Shown: positions 12,680-26,368, counted from the stretch's first letter. The stretch: 56,642 nt of DNA from Amoeboaphelidium protococcarum X5 (GCA_023515725.1 JALDTO010000053.1:1-56642); one strand, 5' to 3'. Numbers and translations are program-made. The notes: generated by a model not told the origin, from the letters alone.

Positions 12680-14326
12680 TCAGTGCAGCTCTTTGAGGCA
12701 CTTTTTCAAATTTAGCAAATAATTGGCAGGATAGTGATCTTAAAACACCCATGGTAGGAGCAGGTTTTAAGTCATTACAAGCCAATTAAAGCCGTTGCGG
12801 TCCTGCCACGTATTGTTCATATCTAGAAGTAAATTGGATTGAATATGCACAAAATCACTAATGGGATAAACGACATTTGATTTAATATAGCCAGCGAGTA
12901 GACACTGAAGACTTGAGAGAGACGATGACATGCTCACAAGAGATATCAGGGACGGCTATGGACCAACAGTGTGACGACCATTAGAGTGAACATGGATATT
13001 CTTGCCCACATGATGAAAGTCGTATAGTTGAGGCACTGAGGAGGATTGCTTGAATAATTGACCAAAGTTCTGTCCGTCATAACCAAATGGCAAATGACAA
13101 AATATATCAGATCCATTCTAAACTCTCCACAATGGCTTATATCTATAATCTTCATTTCCTCTAACTAAGTTGGCAAACTCTTGACTGAAATCATAATCTC
13201 CCACTCTTGGACTTCCAAATACTATCCTACATATATTACAAACTAATAAAATTTAGCGTGTTATAATTAAATTTCATATTCATATTAGATATACTTACGC
13301 GCCGCGAAGATGATAATCGCATGTAATGTCAAATGGAGCTCTTAATAGTCGAGTATAAAATAGAGTAGCAAGTCCAGCTCCTGCAGAGTGACCAGTCAAC
13401 CAAAGGGAGACATCGGAATTGATTTAATTATCATTTACCAATTCAGATATCCTATTACATATAGCTGTATGAGCTCGCATTTACCCAATATTAGCATAAA
13501 ACATTCGATCGTAAAAGCCTCGATGTACACCACCAAACAAGAATTCACGAGCATCCTTCTTCTCTACCGTAACATCGAGTAACCATTCGCTCATATCCAA
13601 AGGTGTAGTTCCTTTAAAAGCGATCACAATAAAGTTGAGCTCTTTCGAGTAGAATATTCTTACAAAGGATGCCATCTTGCAGTGAGTGTCAAAGAATACA
13701 GATGTTAGTGATACTTGAGAATGTTGCTAAAGAAGAGTATAGACTTAATCCTCACTCTCGTACATGATAGTAGATAAGAGTAGCAGAGTCTGTGCAATAT
13801 CTCCATCAAATTTATCAAATCCCCACTTTCGACGCAAGTTGATGCTATCATCTAACCAGGGTAGAGATTCTGATGGCCTGCCCAACTTGTGGAAACCAGC
13901 AGTCATTTCCTCAACATTCTCCGTAAATATGGACGGCCACAGCCAGTTTACCGGTGATAGATTGTTACCATACTGTGATGATATGCGACTAATAGCACGA
14001 CGCAGTCCCAAGTGGCTGAGGATCTACAGAACAGAATCGATAATGAGAAGAGACGCCGCGGTGACCCACATCAACACCAGTGCAATGACGGCGGATGGAG
14101 TTAGCAAGAGCTACCAAAAGTTCCAAGTTAATGCAAACACTGTCACTACAAGGTTACTGTACACATACTTGATGTAATTCCATAAGAATGTTCTCGCCTC
14201 GAAAGCATTCCTATCATCACTGAGCAACTCCATGGAACCACTAAGCTCATCATTACTGGACAGATGATTCGGTGCATCTACAGGCTTTCTCCTTTTCGGA
14301 GTCAGTGGAGTATCAGCAACAACCAT
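12680..14326 (-). CDS. Class 3 lipase (alpha/beta hydrolase) with N-terminal hydrophobic segments; join(12680..13226,13299..14326), 524 aa
   Basis: IVIAFKGT, VHRGFY, WLTGHSAGAGLA (GxSxG), FGSPRVGD and DH motifs; 72-nt GTAAGT...TAG intron at 13227-13298. Confidence 0.87.
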
Positions 14327-14601
14327 CCAATTTCAAACAAAAGAAGCAGGCACAGTATAAAATGGAAAGAGTTTTTTAAAGGCGCACAAGTGTTAGATAC
14401 TATGCAATTAGAGCACCAGAAAAGGGATGGAGAGAGGGAAAATAGAAAACGTTTCCCGCTTCGCCTAAACAACAATTGAAACAACGCGTGAAACTGTTGA
14501 AAGGATTGTACAATAGAGTAAAAAAAGACTTTACATTATATGTTTCAATTCTGCAGAGATAACAGTGCTGTCTCATAAGTAAATGACCACAACTTTCTTA
14601 T

Positions 14602-14911
14602 TCAAGGCTCCACCAGCAGTATGACTTCAACCTTGTCATGGACACCTTGGAGTAGGAGTTCACCTTCATATGTAATGACCTTCTTTTTCTTGGCAGCCTT
14701 CAGCGTTCCCAATAGGGCCTCAACTACAAATTGATAATATATTAGTAAGGTGAATTATTGCTTTGAGTTCACTATAAGACTTACAAGTGTTGGCGACAAC
14801 GTCGTCCTTGAACAAAACTCCATACGGAACCGAATATTTGCCATCAGCGTTTTTCTTACCCAGCCTGACAATTTCCTTCTATAAGTGATGAACCTCTTCA
14901 GATACGTTCAT
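14602..14911 (-). CDS. ABRACL: Costars family protein ABRACL; join(14602..14723,14785..14911), 82 aa
   Basis: MNVSEEVHHLQKEIVRLGKKNADGKYSVPYGVLFKDD...FEALLGTLKAAKKKKVITYEGELLLQGVHDKV; 61-nt intron. Confidence 0.92.
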
Positions 14912-15097
14912 TTTAAATTAATATTATTAAAAATTATGGTAAAAATGAATACACAAAACAGAGTAACGAGAACTTGCAATGCAAAAGGAAGGAATTTAAG
15001 CTTGCGGATCTTGAAACAGTTTCTGACGTGAAGAGCCTAGAAACAACTACAGATGGTAAAGTAGCGAAAATATGAATGTTCATTTGTAAGGACTCAG

Positions 15098-15970
15098 TCA
15101 TGGTAGCTGGCGATTGAGATCCATGTCAAGAGACCAGAAACCATCTGGAGTCTTGGATCTTGGCATGAGAGTGCGATGTCTTGATGATCTCTGAAGTCGA
15201 TCTTAATAGTCACCTACTCCCATACCACCACCGCCACCTCCATGAGAGTGCCGACCTTCACGCGCCTTAACAATATCATACTTTGGCAAGCTGGCCTTGA
15301 AATATTCACGGCAACACTCACAGTCCACAGCATGCATTCTCTTTCTCACGTGGGCCTGTCTTGTGCTTTCATGGTCGCGTAGTTTCACAGGAGAGAATGG
15401 CGCGTCTTTCGAGAGATGATTGTTCGAGACCGGCTGACGAGTAAAATCTTTCTCTTGACGCGTTTCACAATCAGCCAATTCATCTCGTTTCAGAGACAGA
15501 CGTGGAACGCGTAGCTTTTAGTGAGATGGACTGCTGTGGCGTCTCTTTTAATTACTCTTCAAATTAACAGATACACCTTGATAAGGATCTTGTTTCATGG
15601 GTATGTTTTCTTTTTCATCTAATACCGTATCATCAGCATCTTTGTGATTTGCCGATTACTTCCAATGAGATTTAGACTTCATTTTCAAGCCATTCTGAGA
15701 TGAGACAAATGGAAGAGTGGGTGACTTTTTCAATTTAGGCGTTGTTAGTAGTATACTCTTAGGAGGAGTAGCTTTGTTAACGGAACGCATAGATTTTTCT
15801 TGATCTAATTGCTATTCCAATTCCAAACATTTCGCCCTCTGATCACGTAATTGCTTTCGAAGATTTTCATTCTCCTTACTCAAATCAGCTATTTATTCAT
15901 ACAGAGGTTTCGTAGCATTGTCAAGCATCTACTTCACAAAAGGTTGAATATCTTGTATGAACTACTCCAT
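15098..15970 (-). CDS. CtIP/Ctp1/Sae2-like DNA end-resection factor, 290 aa
   Basis: N-terminal coiled coil; C-terminal RKRMHAVDCECCREYF (CxxC), SRHR and TPDGFW motifs of the SAE2/CtIP C-terminal domain. Confidence 0.82.
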
Positions 15971-16159
15971 GCTCCAGATGATAATTCCTATACGTAGTCT
16001 CAAGATTATCCAACTTTTTATGTTATTTTGTAGATAATCGAATGAAGAAAGAAAGTCTATAACACGAAAGGCGATTAGGTGAACCGGAAGAAGGGCCTGG
16101 AATGAACTTGACTAACATTTTAACTATACACGTTTTATCGTGATATTGCATTAAAATAA

Positions 16160-16429
16160 TCACATTAACTGCACATTTATTGTCTATTCATTTAGCTCCG
16201 ATTAATCCAGATTTGCAACTGCTGCTTCAGCATCTCCAGCAGATTCAAATTGAACCAAATATACATTTTGCAATTTCTCTTGATTTAAAGCATCCTAACC
16301 GTGTGTAGAGGGCAAGTGAACACGCGCAATTTCCCCAAACGGCATACAAAGCCTCACAATATCATCCTACTATAAATTTTAATTTCCAGCACAAACAATC
16401 TTGATCGTTTTTTTCTCAACTTCAGACAT
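16160..16429 (-). CDS. Single-RRM protein resembling the RRM of cyclophilin E (PPIE/Cyp33), 89 aa
   Basis: LCMPFGEIARVHLP...VQFESAGDAEAAVANLDQSELNEQTINVQL; no cyclophilin domain before the TGA. Confidence 0.72.
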
Positions 16430-16561
16430 CACAAGTTTCTACAGTGGCCAAAGTTTCTATTGATAAAGGCAAAGTCAGAAAAGAAATCACGACTGACGAC
16501 GCTGTTCTAAAGCAGTACCTATATAAAAGATTGTTGTGAGAGATATGCAGATTGCGACGCT

Positions 16562-17014
16562 ATGATTGCTAACATTTTATTGTAAGCAGATGCCCACTAT
16601 GTCAATGAAGATTAAATGGACACTGTGGATTTCGATTTTGACAAAGATAAGATTATAATTCCTATTAGTCAGAATGGTCACCACTGGTTGCGATTTTTAT
16701 GGCAGTCCAGACAGACACTGTTTGACTCTCTGCCGCGCAGGCCAGATATCCCTGCCATCATGCAGTTTCTCACTAAGTGTCCCCGATCCTCCCGCCATAC
16801 GCGTCTAAATCATTTTTGTGCCAAGCAGGCTAATAATGTTGATTGTGTATTGTATTTAAGGGAATTTCTTGAATTACTGTTTGAGTGTCTACCTCTAGTT
16901 GAGGATGTTGCGTCGATCCAAAGACATTTTCAAGACACTGCTGCTGCGTTCGATCCAATTGAGGCGCGCAACAGATTGTCATAGGATATGTAATAAGTGC
17001 AAAATTAGTAATGA
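16562..17014 (+). CDS. Small Ulp1/SENP-like (C48) cysteine protease domain protein, 150 aa
   Basis: IIIPISQNGHHW, FDSL and KQANNVDCVLY give His-Asp-Gln-Cys in the order typical of C48 peptidases. Start uncertain. Confidence 0.6.
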
Positions 17015-17054
17015 TTATTAATATAGAGATTTCAATTTAATCAAATCATCCTTC

Positions 17055-18509
17055 TCACAAACGTTCTTCTTCACTACTATCACTCTCTTCAATCAGATAT
17101 CCAATCTCACTGAGGATGTGATCAAATCTACTGTTGGATAATGCCTGCCTACATATGCGTTCATCCACTATTACTCCTTCCTCTGCCACCATGGCTGAGA
17201 CAATCTACTTAAAGAAATGATTTTGCCAAGTAATTAATTGGTGCTTTGGCAGATTAGGTGGAGCTAACTTGAGTATTGATTCATCTCGCTCCAGTCTACC
17301 AAGAGATGAACCCACAGCTGCACCTCTGTCAGCTGCTGCCATGGTACGGCCCTGCGCCTCCGACATGAACATATGTGACGACATGAGAGAGGCGACTTTC
17401 TGGACAACCCTTCTGTATGCTCCTTCTACAGAGTAATAACTGACCCCTAAATTCCCACAGCAGAACTCAGCGTCGATTATCCGGGAATTAAGAGCAGCCA
17501 CCACCACAAAGTACGGAGCGTACTCGTGCCTCCATACATCTCCTCTTCGAAGATCACCAAAGCCCCAGATCTCACTGCTGTGAGGATTAGCATGCTTGAT
17601 GAAGATTGTAGCCGCATCCACCTCATTCTATTCCAGTCTTCTCTGCCTTTCGGCCGCCGCCAGTACAGGGTCCGTCTCGTCTGAGTCCTCATCAATCTCC
17701 TCTACTTGACTCTGGCCACCAGCAGAGTCTGGCACCTCTCCGACTGGTGCAGCCGCAACAGGAGACTCTGGTGCAAGAACTGAGGATTACTACTACTACT
17801 CAATTGGCTGCATCTCCATTGATGGAGATTCTCTTCTAGCCGTATAATGACTCATGCTGTGGAGATCAGAGTCCGATATTGATGAGCGACCCACGTCACT
17901 CTCTTGAGTAGCAGCTGTGATGCCGTCTGCTACATCAGCCCCCACTACTGCCGGCCCAACAGACACCACTGCATCAGAATTGGGCGATTGAGGAGGATCA
18001 TCAGATGGAGGTTGTGCAGCCACCATTCCCAAATCCCTGCTTATTTGATGTGCCTGCCCTGTGGAAGATTAAGCGTTACTTTATCTGTAATATGCTAGCT
18101 CCCAAGGGCGCCTAGGCAAGCCCCATTTAACTCTATGCGTGCTTCCTTGATGATGATTGTTTAAAGTAGAAGCAGCACCAGCAGTAGTAGAAGTAGCCCC
18201 AGCAGACGTTGAAGTATGACCACTATCGAAATTAGTCTAAGCAATACCATCAGCGACATTATTACCAGATGCGAAAGAGGCAGCAACGAATACCCCAGGC
18301 ACTTCCTCACGCCTATTCTGAGTACTTTGGAATAAAATTGGAACACTATCATGCACTGTTTCATCTCTGTTTAGGAGTTGGATGTTGCAGGCTAAACAGT
18401 AATAGGAGTGGATGTAGCTAAATAGTTTAATGGTACACTATTAACTGACTTCGCTTAATGTAAAAGTCAGCAATTAGTTGTTTATTATGGACTGGTCTGC
18501 CAGGATCCA
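17055..18509 (-). CDS. Hypothetical protein with a long disordered region and a globular C-terminal region; start unresolved
   Basis: One frame is free of TGA from 18509 to the stop at 17055-17057 and joins track ORFs 17796-18032 and 17205-17621. The first in-frame ATG is at 18026, so an upstream exon may exist. Confidence 0.55.
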
Positions 18510-18858
18510 TCACAAAATTGTACCCATTTATCCCAGCATGCCATCAATCAAATTCCAGTATTTGCAGCATGACATAGAATCACCATATTTGGACCTCAGA
18601 GGAAGGAAATCAATCAAAAAAAGCCTATGTCTATATTATAATAAACATGATAAATACGCTGCAATTTTAAAGGATAATCCCATTTCCTGAATTAAAGACA
18701 ACCTCCTCTCTCTCTCTGTTCCTCAGAAACATGAGCTCCTAAGTTGTTTCGTTTCACATTACTCTTTCTCTTAAGCCAAAGGAAAATTGGGCGCGTCTCT
18801 CTTTTCCTCTTACACTTGCTGAAACATAAATTATATACTGTAGTGTTAAAAGCGTAAA

Positions 18859-21800
18859 ATGTTAAAGTTTAAATTGTTGAATGTTGATTAGCTGGAAAAG
18901 ACTTAGAAATATCTAGATGCCTTCTAATCCAGGGAAAGAAAGCTGGGACTGGATGAAGTTATTCAAGGTGTTAGTTCTAACAGTGCCTAAAATTCGGAAT
19001 CTTGTTTATATCTAAGTCATTATTGCGATTTAAAATCTGGAATTGAATAGAAGTCTGTCGGCCGTATTGAAGAGTATCCTTTAGAGTTTGCCTCATAATC
19101 TGCCTCTAATTTCGATGCAGTTATCCTCTTCATTCAGCATTCAAGTGTCATGAATGATACATTCCAAGTTCTCAGTGATATAGAACAGATCCTCCAGCTT
19201 TACCCTAATACATAGTACAAGATTTTTGCATTTGAGCCAGATTTACAGGATATCGATAATAAGCAAGTTTTGGATAGAGCCTACAATGTCAATCCCAGCT
19301 TGAAGATGCTGAACGATAGTATTATTATTGTCCCTAATTAGAGTGATAAAGTTGAGTTTTATCTGCATACGTTCCTTGTGGAGCTGTGTAAAGATTTGAT
19401 CAAGAAGAAGTAATAGTTTATTCAGTACATGGAGAAGAATTAGACTTTGCTGATGAATTATGGTTACACTGTGTACACTCCGGATGTAACTGCAGCTTCA
19501 GAAGACACTTCTTAGCTTTAGTCGTAACAGGATCAATTGCTGTAACCTCCCAAATCTGCAACTATAGGTGGTGGTAGACGATATCGGTCAGATTTGTCTA
19601 CTAATAATAGCAATTTGAGCTATTCTTCTTTGAGTTCTTACAACGAGCAGCTGAAGGATAAAAAGCGACTACCTCATAGAATAATGGTGCAGCAGGGGCA
19701 TCTCCTTTTCAGTGTTGGGGATATTGCTAAAGCAGTGGCGTTGTATAATTAAGCACTGGATACAATGAAGAATATTAGTGATCCTCTGTACAGTTGCTTA
19801 ACTCTGGAAGCTCTTCTTTAAGTCCACTTTTTGTCGATGATTGATAAACTGGCCGACTTGGTGTCATCTTAGAGCAGTAGTACCGGTGATGATGTCAAGT
19901 CACAAAAGTCCATAAACACTGGTGGGCGCTCTGACAAGGATGCCAATCCTGCTGCCGACTATGCTGCTAAACTCGCTCGATTCATCAATAATGATGTTTT
20001 TGATACCTACTCTTCCATCAATGAGCTCGTCTCTAAACAGCCGTTTACTTAATACTCGGCTCTGTTTATGCTTAGATTTGCATCTCTTCTCTATGATATC
20101 TACTCTGTATTTGTGATTAAAGATTCTTAATATGTGCCTTGGTTTTGCGCGGACCAAACTCATTCTGATGATGATGATGACGGAGTTGCGATTGGAGGGG
20201 GTAAGTCGGAGGTGGGCGGCAGACTTTAAGTTTTACAAAGTGCTGGTGTCACAGGTCTTAATGTCACCAAGTCCTTAATCATTGAAGTGTTGTCCCGAGT
20301 GGCATTGCCTCTCCTTATTGATTTAGAAGAAGATGGCATTGCCAGTAGATATAACGTTCAGGATCTACTCGTGATGTATTCTTTTATGCATCGATTATAC
20401 AGTGGTCTTGGATGCAAGCGGAAGGCTTTGCTTTGCAAGTTTTATTTAGCTGTAGTATGTACTGAACTCTCATAGACTTCCATTCTATATCCAGTGCTTG
20501 AAGAGAAGTCTACTCATACTCCACTCTCAGCGTCGGCGTTTAGTAAAATTAGTCCAATAGTTGATTTCTTCCCATCTGCCTCCTCCAATAATAATTAATC
20601 GTCGTCATAGCTTCAGTCGTCATCTGGCCTATTCTAAAGTCTTACTAGTTCATACTAAAGAGTTAAAGAAACTGATCTAGATCCAAAGATTTCTCTTGTA
20701 AAGTACCTGCCGGATTATTATAGAGTGCAGCTATCTCTGCGCGTATCCTCTCTCATTGATGAAGTGTATGGACATTACAAGAAATATCAGTCTAGTCTTA
20801 ATGTAGTTCATGATCGGAAAGCTAAAGGATACTTCTCTCCTCTTTAAAGTCCCTTTGAGATCTTATATCTCTAAGCTAGCGATAGTTTAATTGTTGGAAA
20901 AGGCTGGTTGAACGTTCTTATCTATTTGCTATACTCTATGAAAGACACTGCATACAGCTTGAATCATCTCAGACAGTCTGTGGATATTTCTCTAGACCTG
21001 CTTCGATCAAATGTTGTCATGGATGGAGATTTATTGGAGTTTGTTCAAAAGGTTTTTAATAAGCTTTCATTCCTGGCAGGCCCATCTGTTAGCTCCCATA
21101 ATGGTTGTATTGTGCTTCATTCTATCGAGTCTCTTTCTCAGTACAGTTAACAGCACGATTAAAGTGCTGCGTTTGGCAACTTGTTATCTGGATTCAGCAT
21201 CACTCCTTCTGATGTTAAAGGTGGCAATCGGGTATATTCTGTACAAGAGTCTATTAATTTTAATCTGAATTTACGCAATCCATATCCGTATGAGCTCTAG
21301 GTGGAGGACATCAGTTTAATTGTTGTTAGTGAAAATAGTATAGAGACATTTTGCACTTTTGATTATTCTGGTACTCTGACGCTTCATTCATAATCAGAGT
21401 TTGCGGTCAATGGGACTTTCTAATGCCTTTCAAATTCAAGTTACGGTACCGTTGTGATTGCTGGTATAAGAATTTAACTTAGTCAAGGATGGGTAGTTAA
21501 TCAATATTTGGATGGAGGCCATCAAATTCATTAGATTGTGGATTTAAATAATATGTTATCACTTACTTTGATTGATGGTCTGCCACCATTAAAATTATGC
21601 TCATAGCAAGCACTTGTTTTATTTGAAGGTGAACTGAATAACTGCTCGGTGTAAATGTCACCTAAAGTTGACGTTAAGGGTCTCAAAGTTACTGTTTAAG
21701 ATTGTATCGACATTTTTGGGGCCAAGATGAGGAGTAAGACTGATGTAAATGTCTTAGCCAAAGTCATATCAATCAATGATGATAATGTTGAGGTTCAAAT

Positions 21801-23058
21801 CTGTGGCCGTCTCGGTTTAGCTCGAATATCTCTCCTCTTTGATTTGACATAGAGCGATGGATAGTACTCAAGGTAATAAGTTATTACTCTCCCAGTTGAG
21901 GTTCACAAGGCTTTTGATATTAATTCAGTTTGTATTCGTGACTCTTCTGTGGCAGATAATTTTTGTCATATCACTGCAAATTTGGTAAATCTCACCACTA
22001 AATCTATAACAGTACATTCGCTTCTTTTTAATGATTCTGGTATGATCATTGCCGCCAAGTCGAGTATTATCATTGATGTAAAGATACCATCGATTTCAAT
22101 TAATGAGCTGGTAAAGAGATTCAGCTAATTCTGCGATTAGGATTTTAATGAAGACGATCCTCTAGGTGACTTTCCTCCGATTCCTTAATCGAGTGATGTA
22201 AAGCGGCAGTACGTTGTTGCCAATGAAAGCGGTGAAGAGAACTATTTATATCTTTACTAAAGACTCAAGAAACTTGCGAAGGAGCTTGCATCTAACAATG
22301 TAGCCATCCTGTACGATTTGCCATTTCATGACTCTGCCCAGTTGATTAAGAGACTCCTTGACAGGCGTGATACTATTTCCAATATTGGTCTAGATCAGCC
22401 AGATTAATTATCTAAACTTTAGGTTCTCTGTGATCTTACCGCGTTATCTATAAGTCGAGAGTATGATTTGAGAATTGCGTACTGGTTGAGACGATATTGC
22501 ATGGAGTAGCTTGATATAGAGTATAGTTTTGCTGCTTCTACAAATTCGTCTTTGCTGAATCATATAGACATTCAAGATCATTTAGATTTCTCTGCGTAGA
22601 ATCTTTCTTTGCTAATAAAGTCAGACTATGAGTTGAAAGTTACTCCTGGTGGCAAGTATTAGAAGTATCAACTCAATTAAAATGGAATTGCACGGGTCAG
22701 TCTTCGTGTTGATTATAAACCAGTCGGATTTGAGAATGATGATGTCGATTTTATCTGCATTTTTCGATCTAGAATAATCTAAGAAGTTTGCGAGGCTGAT
22801 GATGAAATATCCTTCAAGTTGGACTATACTGCCTTTGTACAAGGATCGCAAGAGCTAATATTTGGTGCTGACTCATCTGTACAAGAAATTGATATGATTT
22901 TTGCAGGCAGAGGTTAGTACAAGCTAGTTTGGCATGCCGAATAGATTTGCAGCGATTTTAAGCGTAATAATGGTGATGATAATGATGGTTATGATGCAGT
23001 TAAGTACATGAATATGGTGAAATGGTGCACGCAGGACATATTGATTGACATTTAATGA
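18859..23058 (+). CDS. TRS120: TRAPPII subunit Trs120/TRAPPC9-like, about 1399 aa
   Basis: KKRLPHRIMVQQGHLLFSVGDIAKAVALYNQALDTMKNISDPLYSCLTLEA and LNLRNPYPYELQVEDISL match Trs120 blocks. Single frame under TAR=Gln (spot-checked, not every codon). Confidence 0.78.
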
Positions 23059-23135
23059 TTCAATAATAACATCCTTAGATTGTACGGTTGCTTTTGTCTT
23101 CAAAGTGATAGAACAATAACAATAGTAATTTTGAA

Positions 23136-24430
23136 TCATCTTACGTTCTATTTGTTAGAACTTTTACATTATTTGATCAGAATATCTTTCGACTCTTCCG
23201 GAGTGAAAGGATTCGACCGATGAGGCAGAAGACCGAGTGAGTCCATGTCCAATAGCTTCATCCCATTAAGGTGAGCAAGTACAGTGAGCACAGCTTAATC
23301 TTAACGATGATTACTGCGCGAAGATCCGGACGGGGCGATACATAACTTTTCTGACGAGCATCCTACAAGTTTTTATTATAAGATGGACAATGGTTATCGA
23401 GTAAATATAAAATGGGTCGGGTAAACACAAACTTACTTATCCAGTCTTATAACAGCTGCCGTGCGCGAGCATTTGTGAGATTAAACGCGTTAGTAGCACC
23501 ATTCGCATTATCCATAGGTAAAATCAACTTAAGAGTGCGAGCAGATAAGTTAGCTTTGATGTTAAATTTTTGGCGATATTTTAAAAGGTAACATAAGGTG
23601 CCCGGGTGAGTCCATAGACTAACGGTGCCGTCCGTGATCGAGCTAGCGAATCCTTAACTTCTTAACAGTTACTTGACAACCTTCAAATCTCTGGTAAGTA
23701 GAATGTCTCCATCCAGCCATAGAAAGTTATTGTACTACCCGCTCACCTCATACAAGATCATTGATTTCCATGCATACTCCCCAATGTCAGACTTGCGGAC
23801 ATCCATCCAAAGAGGATACGACTCAAATTTAAAGAGGCGATACTCCACTCCACACCAAGACTAGACTTGATTTGCTTCATCATGTTCAAGACCAATATCA
23901 TAAAAAATAATTTTCTATTTCGCATCAAGTCTTCTTACTTATGCAGCAGTACTGGCGATGGATTCAAAGTGATTGCTCGAACCTGCCATAACAATTACCA
24001 GTTCCTCACTCCGATTAGACTGCGTATCAGCCATTTATCGAAAATCCAACTGGATCTTGCTAATATCACGCTTCTCTCGATATGACCAATTCCCAAAAAT
24101 GAACGTCTTCAGTCGTTCTAATTTATCTTGAATGTACGACGACAGGGACCTGTCAATAGGCACAGGATATTCCACTTCCCCAGAGACAATATCCAAATCA
24201 TTGGAATTTTCAACACCAGACATGGATACGTTCATCTGAGCACAGAATTTATCAGTATCATCATCATCATCATCATTTAAAGCACCTTCATATCCACGAT
24301 GAATTTTACCATCATAGCGTCTAATCTTATGGAGATGATACTATTGTTGACCATGAAGAATCTGTGCAATTCCAATTATCAATAGAGTGACGACCGCGGA
24401 GATGTAAACCAGACGTAAATGCTATCGCAT
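23136..24430 (-). CDS. DUF1647-like type II membrane putative glycosyltransferase, copy A; join(23136..23362,23437..24430), 406 aa
   Basis: N-terminal TM; MAGSSNHF, IIFYDIGL, YAWK, WLDGD (DxD), WTHPGT, CIAPSGSSRSNHRQDQ; 74-nt intron. Confidence 0.78.
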
Positions 24431-25036
24431 AAAAAGATACTATATTCAAAGGACTATTTTATAGTGGCAAAAGACAACAAAAGAGAATAGTAAAAGCTCT
24501 CGATGACGCGGCCTACTTAGTAATCGAAAATTTCGCGCCAGCCAGCCATCTGACAAAGCTAAGCCACGCTAAGCTGAAGATCGTCGAAACGGTTTATAGA
24601 TTAGATTCAAGCGACTAGGAAATGTATTCTAGAGCTTAAGACTTATCCAACGTAACAGGACTTGTCACATGGATGTGCTTTGACGTTTGATACGGGTCGA
24701 GCATCAGAGGAAGTCACCTTGACCAATAACAGTTAAGAACAGAGAGCACCAAAGTTATCCCACTGTAGATACAGTAGACATATTAAGCCGACTCTAGATT
24801 GGTGTGCACGAGCGAATTTTAATGTTTCATAATCATCCTACTTCACCTGAATTTATCAACACTGCAATATCAAAATATATATGCGTAGGTAGGATTCATC
24901 GTAAACGTTCAAGGGAAAACTTCGCCGTTACGCTGCTTACAGACATACAAAAGAAACAGACTTTTCTTATACTCTAGATAGTGAATTCCAAATAATAATA
25001 TTAAAAAAATTACATTCATAATTTGTATCAACTACC

Positions 25037-26368
25037 TCACTTTGTAGTAGAGATTTCGCATCCTTACATCAATATTTATCTGCACTCTTCGAATGTTAAG
25101 GGACTCGGTCGATGAGGAAATAGACCAAGAGCACTCTTGTCTAGCAACTTCATTCCATACAGGTGGACAAGCACAGTGAGCACAGCCTGATCTTGACGAT
25201 GATTTTTACGCGAAGATCCGCATGGTGCAATACATTACTTTTCCGACGCGCATCCTACAAACAATCAACTCAATTAACGTATCATTAAAGACATTAATTC
25301 ACTAAATCTAGAAAACTTACTTATCCAGTCCTAAAACAATTGTCGAGCACGAGTATTTGTGAGATTAAACGCGTTGGTGGCCCCATTAGCATTAGCCAGG
25401 GGCAAGATTTGCTTCAATCTGAGAGCAGATGCTTTAGACTTGAGATTAAACTGCTTACTCTTTTTAAACAAATACTATATGGTACCTGGGTGTGTCCATT
25501 ATTGAACAGTTCCCACAGTCTGTGAGCTAGCAAATCCTTGACTCTTTAATTGTTACTTGACAACTCCCAAATCGCGCACCACCAAAACATCTCCATCCAA
25601 CCACACAAAGTTATTGTACTGCTTACTCACCTCATACAAAATCATAGGCTTCCAAGCATACTAACCGCGATGTAACTATTAGACGTCCATCCATTAAGGA
25701 TATGATTCAAAGTCAAACTTGCGGTACTCTACACCACACCACATCTAAATTTCAGCAGCTTCATCCTGTTCAAGACCAATATCATAAATTATAATTTTCT
25801 GCTTGGAATGAAATCTTCTCAACTGAGCAGCAGTACCAGCGATAGATTAATAATGATTACTTGAGGCAGCCATTACCACAACCAACTCTTCGCTGCGGTT
25901 ATGCTTAGGATCAGCCATAGACCGGAAATCCAACTAGACTTTCGTGACATTACTCTTGTAGCTACTTTTTTAATACGGCCCGATTCCAAATATAAAATTG
26001 ACCAATTGCTTACTCGAATCATGGAGATATGATAGTAAAGAAGATCTTCCATCATGTGTTGGACACTCCAAACCATCAGAGACGTCACTTTGCGCGCCCT
26101 CGATTATTTCGTCTGAGTTGACTGCCTCATCGCGAGACACATCTGCAATCAAGAACTTCTAATCAAGTTTATCTTCATCATCTTCATTATTACTAATACC
26201 GCCGCCATACCTACTAGTAGTCAGTGTGCGCCTTATCATGAGTGAATGAGACTATTATTCACCATTTCCACTTCCACCATACAGTAGATGCCCAGTGACG
26301 ATGACCAGAAGAATGACCACCACAGAAATGTTCAGCAGAAGCAATCTTCTTTGCATGTTCAAGTTCAT
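25037..26368 (-). CDS. DUF1647-like putative glycosyltransferase, copy B (tandem paralog); join(25037..25254,25321..26368), 421 aa
   Basis: Same motifs (AASSNHY, IIYDIGL, YAWKP, WLDGD, NHRQDQ) and same intron position and phase as copy A; 66-nt intron. Confidence 0.78.

Noticed and set aside
18510-18512. Single in-frame TGA between an upstream ATG (18683) and the long orphan ORF, suggesting readthrough or selenocysteine
   Set aside because: The upstream segment is AT-rich and not convincingly coding, and no SECIS or homology is evident; an intron or downstream start is simpler.
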